Source of the DNA: a virus
DNA: 64,000 nucleotides
Reading direction: 5' to 3' (one strand)
Virus record (IMG/VR): IMGVR_UViG_3300031962_000001
Span: 28,915 to 92,914 of that record
Shown here: one piece after another, positions 1-10,500 of the stretch
How positions within the stretch are numbered: position 1 is the stretch's first letter
How the letters are laid out: each line of letters begins with the position of its first letter
Notes under the pieces: generated by a model
Told to the model about the DNA's origin: nothing
Databases searched by the model: none
Seen by the model: only the letters and a program-made list of their open reading frames with translations
Made by a program: the position numbers and the translations under genes

Positions 1-128
1 GAAGTGGCGGACCAGCTGGAGCCTGTCACTTGGGGAGTTTTAGCAGATCAGGTTTTCTATAGGACAGTATTGCGTCGTACTCAGCGGACGGGCATCGGCG
101 TTGCGGTAGGCGTCGGAATAGGAACGAA

Positions 129-623
129 GTGATGGCACAGAACAGAAAAGTCCAAGGAGCAGGCTTCCAGCTAATCATCAGAACTGGAAGCGTCACTGAA
201 GCAGTGCAGAAAGCGGTCATGAAAGGGCTTACTGATGTCGGAAAGCAGTACAAAGAAAGAGTGATGAAGAACATCAGCCTAGACGATCACACTCTGCAAG
301 AACTCAGGGAGATGGGCCATCCATATAGAGTCACTGGCCCAAAGGACGCCTTGCATGGCGACGACAGATTGGTTCACGAACAGTCTGGAAAGCTCAAAAG
401 CAGCATCAGACTCCAGCCAGTCGAGCAGACGACTTCCAGAAAATTTACGGTCTATATTACGAGCAATGCTCCAGAGATGCCTTTCCTCATCTATGGTACT
501 TCTCGTATGCGGCCTCGCAGGTTTCATGAGAAGTCGTACGAGGACATCAAGGACAGATTCTGGAAGCCTCTATTAAGCGAGCTGAAGAAAGTCAATGTCA
601 GGATAGCGGGGTACGAAAGCTAA
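129..623 (+). CDS. Putative neck/tail-completion protein (HK97 gp10-like)
   Basis: SGKLKSSI and 'YGTSRMRPRRF' resemble the gp10-family G-T-x-x-M-x-P-R-P-F motif; lies upstream of tail genes. Confidence 0.6.
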   Translation: MMAQNRKVQGAGFQLIIRTGSVTEAVQKAVMKGLTDVGKQYKERVMKNISLDDHTLQELREMGHPYRVTGPKDALHGDDRLVHEQSGKLKSSIRLQPVEQTTSRKFTVYITSNAPEMPFLIYGTSRMRPRRFHEKSYEDIKDRFWKPLLSELKKVNVRIAGYES

Positions 624-1132
624 TGCTAGATTCTATAAGTGAAGCTCGGCTGACTCCAATCAATCCAACTCTGGCGAATAGAGTTCGGCAAATGGCATCT
701 GTCCTCGGATTCGATATTCGCGTCACAAGAGGAGCGGCGTCTGCAGACGAGCAGATGGCGTACTATGCGCAAGGTCGCTTGCCTGTTTCTACAGTGAACA
801 TTCTCAGAGGCAAGGTCAAACTGGCACCGCTAACTGAAGACCAGAATGTCAAAGTCACAGATGCTCCTCCAGGGCATAGCTGGCATGAATATCTGTTTGC
901 GGTGGATGTAGTGCCTATGACTCCTGTGCCAGACTATAACGAGAACCATCCAACTTGGAGAAAGATATTAGAAGTCGCTCCTCAATTTCAATTGACTGAT
1001 GGCGTTCACTGGAAGGACGAACCGCATCTGCAACCGATAGAGCTTCCAGATTCACCGACTCCGGTCTATGTCGGTATGCTTCATACGGTTACGATGGAAG
1101 AGATCTGGAGATACGCGGGGTTGGCAGCATGA
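623..1132 (+). CDS. M15 family peptidoglycan peptidase (endolysin-like)
   Basis: EQMAYYAQGR, S-W-H-x4-AVD and DEPH Zn-peptidase motifs. Confidence 0.8.
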   Translation: MLDSISEARLTPINPTLANRVRQMASVLGFDIRVTRGAASADEQMAYYAQGRLPVSTVNILRGKVKLAPLTEDQNVKVTDAPPGHSWHEYLFAVDVVPMTPVPDYNENHPTWRKILEVAPQFQLTDGVHWKDEPHLQPIELPDSPTPVYVGMLHTVTMEEIWRYAGLAA

Positions 1133-1635
1133 GTGAACAGGTCTCACGTCTATGTGTGAACTATTTGAGGAACTTCATGTTCCCAGCTCTTCCACCAGAT
1201 GTGCAGAGCAAATTCCCGACTGTGCAGGATCCCCTTGTCAACGGACCAAATTCAGTGCCGAACATTGTAGTTGGACAATATCAGGACTTCGGCGCGAACG
1301 CTGCCACACCGATGGTGACAGTCAATTGCAATGGAGCGGCAGAAGGCATTGTCAACGTCTATCGGCATCTGGACTTGCGCGTGGATATCTGGGTTGGAGG
1401 CAATATCGCGTCGAACGTAGACGGTCGTAGATTCATAAGCATAATCTACGAATATATATTTCGCACTCTGTGCAATACGAACTGGACGGGTCAGTCGCAG
1501 CCGGGAGGCAGCACTGTTCGTATCGAACGCTGCTACGAAACAGAGCGCAGCCCGATTCTGTTTGAACCGACGAACAACATCTATCATATAGCGACAATTT
1601 TTCGGGTAGAAGCTCTTGCAAATACGTGGTACTGA
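1129..1635 (+). CDS. Putative tail terminator/completion protein
   Basis: Position before the tail tube gene, size, 'RVDIW' pattern. Confidence 0.45.
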   Translation: MSEQVSRLCVNYLRNFMFPALPPDVQSKFPTVQDPLVNGPNSVPNIVVGQYQDFGANAATPMVTVNCNGAAEGIVNVYRHLDLRVDIWVGGNIASNVDGRRFISIIYEYIFRTLCNTNWTGQSQPGGSTVRIERCYETERSPILFEPTNNIYHIATIFRVEALANTWY

Positions 1636-1649
1636 AAAGGAGAAAATAG

Positions 1650-2231
1650 ATGTCACTTCCTCCGGGAGTACAATCTAGCGGACTGCTTCAACTACAGGAT
1701 GCTAGAAATATTCTGCTCGGGAACGGGCAGATCTTGTACGGCAGTCCTTATGCAAACCTAGGTCAGATCAAAGGAGACGCCTCCTTTAACTACACGCTGC
1801 GTCCGTACGACGTGGTCGGCGGCAATCCTTTGATCCTTCTGAGACGGTTCACGCTGGAAGAACGAGTGAACGTAACTGTTCCTCTTCTTGAAGTATCGGC
1901 GTCGAATGTCTCGCTGTATCTCAGAAACTTCAACCTCGGCTCTACGACTATCTTTGGCACGGCATCGGCTGGCGGCACTTTGTACAGCCAACAGTTCGGT
2001 GGTAACGCGCACATGCCGTTTTCGCTGATGAAATTCTTCCATCCCACGCCAGAAGGCGGATACTATGCCATCACTGGCTGGATCGTGTATCCGCCCCTCG
2101 AATTACGCTTGCCATTCCCGGAGCAGCGCGAAACGATATTTGATGCCGTGTTTGAATTCAGGCACGACATCACCAAGAATCCGGGTCAGCAACTGGGCCA
2201 GTTCGACGTGTTCGTAGTTCCTTTGACATAA
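1650..2231 (+). CDS. Putative major tail tube protein
   Basis: AGGAG RBS; 'ILLGNGQ...LGQIKG' pattern; directly upstream of chaperone and TMP. Confidence 0.6.
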   Translation: MSLPPGVQSSGLLQLQDARNILLGNGQILYGSPYANLGQIKGDASFNYTLRPYDVVGGNPLILLRRFTLEERVNVTVPLLEVSASNVSLYLRNFNLGSTTIFGTASAGGTLYSQQFGGNAHMPFSLMKFFHPTPEGGYYAITGWIVYPPLELRLPFPEQRETIFDAVFEFRHDITKNPGQQLGQFDVFVVPLT

Positions 2232-2243
2232 TTGGAGGCAGTC

Positions 2244-2843
2244 GTGAGTCTCGAAGTCTGGTTGAAGACAGGACGAAAAGTGACGGTCGGTGGGAGAGAG
2301 CTGACCATGATGCCTCTCCCTCTGCGTCGTTTGTACTCTGTTGGTTCTTGGTTGGAGAACAACGCTACTGACGTGGTCAAGGAAACAATCGCCGCTACGA
2401 ACGAGGGCGAGGTTCCAAATCCAATGGTCTTGGTAGCTAGAGTCCTTATGCGAGTGGACGTAGCGGAGCTCGCATACGCGATATTCTCCCTGCCAAAGGA
2501 CCCGGAAACTGGTGAGCAAATCAATAAAGGACTTTCCAAGGAGTTCTTCGACGACTATCTCGACACTCCTACAGCGCAGAAGCTGTTCAAAGAGTTCATC
2601 GAGATAAACGACTTGGAAAGCCTAATAAAAAATTTGCAGAGCCTTCCGGTAGTGAAGAAGCTGATGGAAGCTTCCTCACTAACCTTTGGGATTCCGTTTT
2701 TGAGTTCTTTGCAGCAGAGTACGGCTTCGACCCAGAACAAACCGGAAGGCTCACCCTCCCCCAAATCAACAGACTCGTCGACGCCAATCACAGAAGAAAG
2801 TTTGGAACAAAGAACGGGCACAAGCCAGTCAAGAGTGATGTAA
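2244..2843 (+). CDS. Tail assembly chaperone (gpG-like)
   Basis: GGAGG then GTG at 2244; between tube and TMP; slippery A AAA AAT at 2627-2633. Confidence 0.7.
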   Translation: MSLEVWLKTGRKVTVGGRELTMMPLPLRRLYSVGSWLENNATDVVKETIAATNEGEVPNPMVLVARVLMRVDVAELAYAIFSLPKDPETGEQINKGLSKEFFDDYLDTPTAQKLFKEFIEINDLESLIKNLQSLPVVKKLMEASSLTFGIPFLSSLQQSTASTQNKPEGSPSPKSTDSSTPITEESLEQRTGTSQSRVM

Positions 2844-3175
2844 AGAAGGAGCCTGAAAAGAAAGAGTCTAAGCCGAAGCCGACATACCGTCCGGCAGTAG
2901 CTAGGGCAAAAGAATTCCTTGGCAATCAGAGCGGAGTGCCTAATCCGCAAACCGGAACTACCAAGGAGTACAGTGACCAGAGAAGTTTGGACTTGAGAGT
3001 TTTCTCGTCGAAGGAACATTTTGAAATGGTGGATGCTCAGTTCAGAGAGGCTAAGGATCTCAAGGGCAATTCTATGCTGGAAATTGCCAGACGATATTGG
3101 GACGATCCTGACTACGCTGAGCAGATGAGAAAAGAAATTGAGGAAATGAAACGCCATGCCCGTAAACTTCCTTGA
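2627..3175 (+). CDS. -1 frameshift extension of tail chaperone (gpGT-like)
   Basis: -1 frame is open from the slippery site to 3175 and encodes WDSVFEFFAAEYGFDPEQTGRLTLPQI; includes listed ORF 2936-3175. Confidence 0.7.
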   Translation, partial: KKFAEPSGSEEADGSFLTNLWDSVFEFFAAEYGFDPEQTGRLTLPQINRLVDANHRRKFGTKNGHKPVKSDVKKEPEKKESKPKPTYRPAVARAKEFLGNQSGVPNPQTGTTKEYSDQRSLDLRVFSSKEHFEMVDAQFREAKDLKGNSMLEIARRYWDDPDYAEQMRKEIEEMKRHARKLP

Positions 3176-5894
3176 TCTACTAGCGAACGTTTCAGTGGAC
3201 CTCAACAAGTTCGAGGGAGAGCTGAAGAAGGCCGAAGAATTGGCCGAGAAGTCTGCCAAGGCCATCTCTGGCAGCATGAACCTGATTGGCATCGGTATAG
3301 TCACATCAATAGCTGGCGCAGCTATTGTCGCTCTTGAGAAGGCTGTTAAGAAGACCGCAGAGTGGGGATTGGAGATGGAGCATCTATCCAATCGCATGGG
3401 CATGACGGTCAGAGATACAGCGACTGTAGTGGGTGTCATGGAACGCTTCGGTGTCAATGCTAATATGGGAGCACGCGCTATGCAGATGCTCTCGACACAG
3501 GTCCATCAGACACAGAACTCTCTGGATCCTCTGTCTACCAGACTCGGCAAAACTCTTGGCGCATTGAGAGACACTAGTGGTCACGCGCTGGCAATGGGTC
3601 AGGTACTAGATTTGGTTCGTCAGAAAGTTTCAGGTGCTTCTTCAGACAGTGAACGGCTCCAAATTGCTACCTCTCTCTTAGGCGCTCGTATCGGCGGTCA
3701 GCTAATTCCAATGTTAAGGCTCAGCAATGAAGAGTGGGAAAAGCAGAAGGCCTCTGTTCAGTCTACGCTGGGACCAGTGGAACAGGCGGCAGAACAGGCG
3801 TTAGCATACAAGCAAGCGACAGCTGAACTTGAGCAGGTCTTCAGAGGACTGGAAATCACGATTGGCACAAAGGTCCTGCCAGCACTGACAGACTTGATCA
3901 GAGAAACCTCCGCATGGATCAAGGCAGTGGCTGAAGGCAGAGACACGATTCCAATTCTCAACAGTTTCGTAATGGTCTTCAAAGACATCAAGACAATGAT
4001 ACAGGAAGCTACTTACGCCTATCTGTACTGGCAGGAGAAGCTTGGTCTTGTAGAAAAGGGAACGGCTGCCATATTTGCCAACATGGAAGCAGAGCAAGCG
4101 CAAGCTGCCAAAGCCGGAGCAGCAATAGAAGGCCAGAGAGACGCTGCCGAAAACTTGAACACTGAAATCGAGATGAATATCCAGAACGAACGCAAGCTGG
4201 CTGCCGAAGTTCAACAGCAAGTCAGACTGATGGAGAAGGCCAGACAGCTAGGAGTAGAGACTGGTGGCAGAGCAGCAGAACAGGCGGAACTAGAACGAGC
4301 TTTGAACAAGCTGACTGAGGAGCGTCTGTTTCTTGAAGATAAGATGAAGGACGTAAAGGGAGATCAGCGCATCAAGTACGAAAACGATCTCCTCAAGAAT
4401 CGAGTAGACGCCGCTCAGCTAGTCTCTGATTTCGTGATGAAGGGCTTCAAGGAAGAAGAGCTTCAGCTCAAAGCGAACGGGGCCTTGAATCTGTCTACTG
4501 AAATAAATCTTCTAGAGAGAAAGCTGTCTGATGAGCGTATCGTCGGTGATGAGAGACTGAAAATAGAAGCTGAGCTCTATAACAAGCGCAAGCAGTTTCT
4601 AGAGGAGGCTATGAAGGTTGGCCAGCAACTCGGCCTTGTGACCGTCGACCAAGAGATTGCTTATCGCAAGCAGCGATTTGCTGAACTCCAAGGCAAAGGA
4701 GACGTCATTGGTGCAGCTCAAGAACTGGTCAAAGCACGAGATTTGGCTATCAAACAAGCGGATCAAGTTATGGAGTTCACTAAGAAGCTTAGGATCGTGG
4801 CTATCAATGATGAGATTCGATATCAGGAACAGAAGCTCGCGTTGGCTAAGGGCAATGCAGAAGAAGAAATGAAGATTCTTAGTCGCATCGCAGATCTGGA
4901 CAAGAACCTATATGATAGGAGACTGCAATTCGCTTTGGATTACAATCAGAAAGCGATTGACTCCTATCGCGCTATGTTGAAAGCTACTGGTCAAAAGGAC
5001 ACAACCACGGTCAGTGGCCCACAAGAGTCTCTTACGTTCGCTCAGCGTGAACGCGAAGCAGAACGCGCTAGATTCCAGCAGGCTAGACTCATCGAAGAAG
5101 TGGCGATGCATGGAGGCACAGAAGCCGAAATATCCGCCGCTCGCAAGGCCGCAGAGCAGAACCGTAAAGACATGGAAGAAGCTATGGCTCTGGGCAAGTC
5201 TGTCTCAGATGGCATGAAAGAGATTGCCAATGCTTCCAAAGATTTCTTCAAGGCCGCGAGTGGCGGGGAAGAAGTGCGAGCTCCCGGCGGTCCTTCGCCA
5301 GTGGTCGGCAGCTTGATGTCGCCGGCAGAAGGCCTCGCTACAGAAGCTCTGGCAAGAGGCAGCGATATCCCACGGCTAGACACTTCGTTCACAGACTTGG
5401 CTGTCCGCATCAGAGACGTCCTGCTAGGCACGATTCCAAATATCCAGAACTTCTCCAATCAGCTGGCTCTAGCCACGAAGCAGATGGCGCAATTCACTGG
5501 CACTCCAAACAATCCCGGCATCATAGGTCCTGGTGGAGGCATTACGAACGTTCCTGTCGGAACTCCTCCTGCGACTGGATTCGGGCAGGTCACTGGAGGA
5601 CCTACGGCCGGACCGGGAGCTCAGCAGCCGGTGACGCCATCTTCTCAAGTGGGAGTTGGTACGACTACTCTGGACGCCAAGCTAGATGCTCTCACTACGG
5701 CTCTAGTGGGGATTCCTGGCAAAATTGCAGACTCTTTGAACCAATCGCCGCAAGCTGGCAATCTGCAGAGTCTGGTGGACGCTTTGCATCAGGCCATCTC
5801 TTCTAGACAGGGAGTCAACGTCCAGGTCGGAGTGGACCCGAACACGGGAGATTTGATAATCAACAGAATCGTGCAGGAGATTTCAGCAACGTAA
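3156..5894 (+). CDS. Tape measure protein
   Basis: 912 aa, helical Ala/Glu/Lys/Gln-rich, TMP-like N-terminus, canonical position. Confidence 0.85.
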   Translation: MPVNFLDLLANVSVDLNKFEGELKKAEELAEKSAKAISGSMNLIGIGIVTSIAGAAIVALEKAVKKTAEWGLEMEHLSNRMGMTVRDTATVVGVMERFGVNANMGARAMQMLSTQVHQTQNSLDPLSTRLGKTLGALRDTSGHALAMGQVLDLVRQKVSGASSDSERLQIATSLLGARIGGQLIPMLRLSNEEWEKQKASVQSTLGPVEQAAEQALAYKQATAELEQVFRGLEITIGTKVLPALTDLIRETSAWIKAVAEGRDTIPILNSFVMVFKDIKTMIQEATYAYLYWQEKLGLVEKGTAAIFANMEAEQAQAAKAGAAIEGQRDAAENLNTEIEMNIQNERKLAAEVQQQVRLMEKARQLGVETGGRAAEQAELERALNKLTEERLFLEDKMKDVKGDQRIKYENDLLKNRVDAAQLVSDFVMKGFKEEELQLKANGALNLSTEINLLERKLSDERIVGDERLKIEAELYNKRKQFLEEAMKVGQQLGLVTVDQEIAYRKQRFAELQGKGDVIGAAQELVKARDLAIKQADQVMEFTKKLRIVAINDEIRYQEQKLALAKGNAEEEMKILSRIADLDKNLYDRRLQFALDYNQKAIDSYRAMLKATGQKDTTTVSGPQESLTFAQREREAERARFQQARLIEEVAMHGGTEAEISAARKAAEQNRKDMEEAMALGKSVSDGMKEIANASKDFFKAASGGEEVRAPGGPSPVVGSLMSPAEGLATEALARGSDIPRLDTSFTDLAVRIRDVLLGTIPNIQNFSNQLALATKQMAQFTGTPNNPGIIGPGGGITNVPVGTPPATGFGQVTGGPTAGPGAQQPVTPSSQVGVGTTTLDAKLDALTTALVGIPGKIADSLNQSPQAGNLQSLVDALHQAISSRQGVNVQVGVDPNTGDLIINRIVQEISAT

Positions 5895-5914
5895 CTATAT
5901 CTAGAGAGGCGAAG

Positions 5915-6544
5915 ATGAGCATACCGTCACAAGTAGCGAACGCGGGCAATAACAGCTCAGCGCAGAATGTTTTCAAGGTGACTTTCAGCCAAGCGTTGTC
6001 GTCACCTCCAACCATCGAGTCGTGGGACGATTCTACATTTTCTACCACGACCAAAGAGCAATTTGCTGGCACCACGATCAATGGAAATATTCCGTACGTT
6101 TCTGTGGTAGCGACTACTGATGCCGCTCCTATCGCTGCTTGGAAGCCAGCATCTCCAGTCGCTGGTGGAGCGGTAGCAAACAGGCTGAAGGGTCTCACTA
6201 ACTATGTCAATTCCTCCGTCAACACTCCTACGGCTGGAGGCGCGATCAGGTTCAACATTGACTTCGAGATACCGGCAGATGCCACTGTTCCCAGTACAAA
6301 CACGTTCGGTGTCTTGGCGGTAAGATACGCCTATTCTGGCCCAACGCCGACAATCACGTGGCAGTACAATGACGTCGCTGCTGGAGGGACAGAAGGAGCG
6401 CCTCAGTGGACGAACATAACTCCTGGTGCGGCCGGAAACTTTATCAGGCCAGCGGATGCTGGCACGACTTCTGCGAACGTCGCAGCGACTAAGCCTACTA
6501 GCTCTGTTGCGTCGGCAAATCAAATCTGGGTAACCAACACATGA
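5915..6544 (+). CDS. Virion structural (tail-associated) protein
   Basis: Ala/Thr/Ser/Gly-rich beta composition, follows TMP. Confidence 0.5.
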   Translation: MSIPSQVANAGNNSSAQNVFKVTFSQALSSPPTIESWDDSTFSTTTKEQFAGTTINGNIPYVSVVATTDAAPIAAWKPASPVAGGAVANRLKGLTNYVNSSVNTPTAGGAIRFNIDFEIPADATVPSTNTFGVLAVRYAYSGPTPTITWQYNDVAAGGTEGAPQWTNITPGAAGNFIRPADAGTTSANVAATKPTSSVASANQIWVTNT

Positions 6545-7134
6545 TGACTAGGAAACAATTAGCAGCTTGCAGAAGAAACGCGAAAATAGCGCACTCTCTT
6601 CCAAGAACCAAGAAACAATTAGAAGCGCTCAGGAGAAATTCTAAGATAGGCTGCGCTATGCCTAGAACTGAAAGGCAACTGAAGTCTCTAGCCAAAGCTA
6701 GAAAAGTGGGCCAGAAAGTGTTGAGCACTATGTCTAGGACTTGGTTGAAGGGAAAGAATAGGTATAAATATCCCAATAGGCTCAAAGCAGATCTCAAAAA
6801 TATACAGATTGCCAACTCTCAACCTAAAACTGCAAAGCAACGTGCTACTTCTAGAGAGATGGTTAAGTATGCCCACGAAGGTTTGAAGAAGAGAAGAAAA
6901 GAGATCAATGGCATCTGTGAACTGTGCGGAGTTCCATGCTTCACTTATGGAGATCACTGTCATAAGACTGGAAAGAAGCGTGGAAAAGTCTGCCTCAGTT
7001 GCAACTTGGTTCTTGGAATGTTCAAAGACGATATAGGTCGATTCAAGAAGGCAATTAAATACCTTGAGAAATATAAAGTCTTGAGGTTTCCCAGACTGCC
7101 ACAAAGATTTCCTAGATTGAAAGTGGCAGCATAG
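6541..7134 (+). CDS. Free-standing endonuclease VII-like (HNH-type) homing endonuclease
   Basis: CELC...DHCHKTGKKRGKVCLSCNLVLG; basic N-terminal repeats; two RFPR at C-terminus. Confidence 0.8.
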   Translation: MMTRKQLAACRRNAKIAHSLPRTKKQLEALRRNSKIGCAMPRTERQLKSLAKARKVGQKVLSTMSRTWLKGKNRYKYPNRLKADLKNIQIANSQPKTAKQRATSREMVKYAHEGLKKRRKEINGICELCGVPCFTYGDHCHKTGKKRGKVCLSCNLVLGMFKDDIGRFKKAIKYLEKYKVLRFPRLPQRFPRLKVAA

Positions 7135-7157
7135 ATTCTATAAAAGGGAGGAGCCCA

Positions 7158-7529
7158 ATGTGGCTTTCTAACTTTGAGAACGGCACTTCCATCTCTTCCA
7201 AAAACGTATTCTGGACACAGTTGAAGGAAAGAAGCAATGGAGCCAAGATGACCGGGCTCCAGCTCACCAGTTCTCTGTTTCCAAATCTGTTTCTGGAACT
7301 TTCTGATCTGGACCGATACTATTTCGTGACTGAAGCCAGTGCTTTCATAGCGGAAGGAGTATTTCGCAACGAAGTGCTGGCTGAAATCATTGGTGGACAC
7401 AATCTAGAACTGGGAATCGGTATTGAAATCCGGCTAGAGTACACGGGCAGCGCGAAGTCCAGAATCTACAAGCTTGAACGTTATAAGTATTCGAAGGATA
7501 TCTTGGTAGAGGGTACTAGAAGGCACTAA
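7158..7529 (+). CDS. Hypothetical protein
   Basis: GGAGG RBS; TAATG coupling to next gene. Confidence 0.6.
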   Translation: MWLSNFENGTSISSKNVFWTQLKERSNGAKMTGLQLTSSLFPNLFLELSDLDRYYFVTEASAFIAEGVFRNEVLAEIIGGHNLELGIGIEIRLEYTGSAKSRIYKLERYKYSKDILVEGTRRH

Positions 7530-10500
7530 TGCCAGCGGTATATGTCAGCTCGAATGTCAGTGGAGTTTCTGCTACTACTAGCGGAACGCTGAACTATGGA
7601 ACGCTGGCTTCTGGGCAGACCATATTTCTGCAGATAGCTGCCTACGGTTCAGGAAACGTTCCAAGCTCTGTCACGGACGATAAGGGCAATACATACGTTC
7701 AGCTCTATACGCAGAATTTCTCCACTTCTTTCCTTGGCGGTCTTGGCGGAACGATAACTCTCTACTACGCCACCGTAAAGACAGCGGGAAATACGACCGT
7801 CACTGTAAACTTCGCAAGCTCCACGACTTGGGCAATGAACGCGATCTGGTACTTGGGGTTCAACACTACTCCATTCACGTTAGAAACTTCAGCGTCTGCT
7901 GGCGGCACTGGCACTGCACCAAATTCTGGCGCGACTCCCTCGAACGCGACAGCTGGCGATCTGCTGCTCGGTCTTGGAATGACCGATATCGCCATAGGAA
8001 ATTTCTCAAACTTCTACTCAGCTCAGGGTGCTGGTTACAGTGGTTCCTTCAGCGATTCTTCAGGAAATAACGTAAGCAGTATACAAGAATTCCAGAACGC
8101 TGCTTCCACTACGACATATTCTGCGACGGCAACTCTTCAGAGCAGCGCAAATTGGGTGATGGCAGTCGTAGCGATCAAGCAGACGGCTTCAGTGCCTACG
8201 TTTGTGAGAGGCTACGGAACAGTCCACAGTGCTGGAGCTGGTTCTTTGGGATTGACCGGCGTCACGCTGTCCGTTGGCGATCTGGGCATCGTCTGCGTGA
8301 AATGGGTTGGCACACAGACCATCAGCACGGTCGCAGACAATCTTGGTGGCAACGTTTGGATAGCTGTTCCAAATTCCTATCAGACGGGAGCTGGAAATTT
8401 CAGCAGTCAGCTTTGGTATTGCGCCAAGATAGCCACTGGTGGAACAGCCACCATCACCGTCACTTGGTCTGCTACTACAGGGAGCATGGATATAGGTGGA
8501 GCCGAATTCACGGCTTCCACTATAGACATATCCTCGTCTTCGCAGCTTGCCTCGTCTAACAATATCACCATATCTGCGACCCCTACGAGTGCTAGCGAAA
8601 TGCTCTACGCTTTCTTCGTAGGAGGAGCTAGTACTCCTAGCATTTTAGCTTCTGGATTCACCAGTGCCGGAGCGGCTGGCAGTTTCAGCACTCAGGGATA
8701 CATGGCGGCAGGACCAACTGGGATATCTTATCCTGCGACCGCCACTCAAACCGCTCCTTCTCTTTTCTTTGCTGCGATAGTCGCTTTGGGACCGTCTTCT
8801 AACAGCAAGACCTGGAATACAGATTGCTACGTCTTTCCATTCTATAATTCCAAGAATTGGAACACAGATTGCTTCGTGACCGTTCCTCAGCGAAGCTGGA
8901 ACGTAGACTGTTACGTCGCTAATCCGTCTGCTATCACTGTCGCTTTGACTTACGTCAGCCTAGCTGGTCAGATCCTCTTCAAGATTAACGTTCCTAATGG
9001 CTTTATTGGGTTGAAGGGAACACTCAATCAGCCGGTCCTGACGTACGTCGGACTCGCGGCTACGATAAAGACTCAGAAGCTCCCAGCCAGTTTTACAGGT
9101 CTGGCAGGTACGATCAAGATCAAGCCTACTCCAAGCTACACAAGCTTGAAGGGCACGATCAACAATCCTACGCTCAAATCGTGGAACTCGGACTGCTTCG
9201 TTGTCGTTCCTGCCAGAATCTATGTTTCACTGGCTGGCACCATCGTACAGAAGCTGACGCCGACTGGTCCTCCTGTTCCTACTGGAGCGTTTCCAGATTC
9301 TTCTTACGTAGGATTGAGAGCTACGATTCTGAGTGGAGGGTCTGGTTCTATCCAGATGCCGGGTTCTGGATATACGACAGCAGACGATTGGTATTCTTCT
9401 GTAGACGCTGGCGCTTCCTACAAGTCTGGCTCTGTATTCAATCTGTCCGGTGCTAATCTTCCCGCTGGTGGAATCAATCTAGTCGTGACGGCATTCACTG
9501 GCGGAGTAACGAGCTTCCAGACTCGCACGAGAAACTGGCTGCGCAGAGTAGACGCTGCGAATAGTGGCATCGTCACCAACACTCAGACCAATGTGCATAC
9601 TCTGCCGAATGGTGCCGTCATCACTACGACTACAGTCACTACGCAGAACAAGGACGTATTGACTACGACCGTGACGACTCAGAGCAGTGCGACGCCTACC
9701 AGAACCAGCACCGTCATCACTGAGAAGAGCGTCGGTGGCCAGACTACCGTCCGTGAAATAGACACTACGACTATAAACGGCATCGTGACGAATGTAGAAA
9801 AGAAAAACGTCTTTTCGGTGCCGCCGACGTATGACAATCCACAGCCACTGAAAGTCACGACGCTGGACGGCGTAATTCATTACCAGTTTTTCTCGGCCAT
9901 CAACGCTGAATGGGCTGGCGGCGAGCAGGAAGGCGTAACGAATATCCAGACTCAGGTGCAGATAGTTCCCGGCACTTTGAACAATTCTACTACGGACGCC
10001 TTCGGCAATCCTATTCTGTCCAGAGTCACGACCAGCACTGCTACGACTCCAGATGGCAAGATCATTACTACCACTACGACAGAGACTGGCAGTTCTACGG
10101 CGAAGGACTTTGGCACTACGACCGTAGACACGATCAATCAGTTCAATGGCGTCCAGAAGACCGTCGTTACCAAGACGACATATCCTGATGGGTCTGTGGT
10201 GACTAGCAACAAGACAACCAATTTGCTTACAGGTGATAGCACAGAAACAGACACCGAAACGGTCACCGACGAATATGGGCAGGTAACGACGACTGTCACG
10301 TCTATCGACACCAAGACATTTGCAGACCCGACCACTGGCATCGAAAGACAGACAGTTACTAAGACGGTCGCCGTCACGAAAGGCGGAGTCACTACCATAG
10401 ACACTACTGTCGTTACGAACAACGATTTCGAGGACAGTATCGTCAGCCAAAAGGTCAAGGTCTACTTCATCCAAGAGTTCACTATCACTTGCGTTATAGA

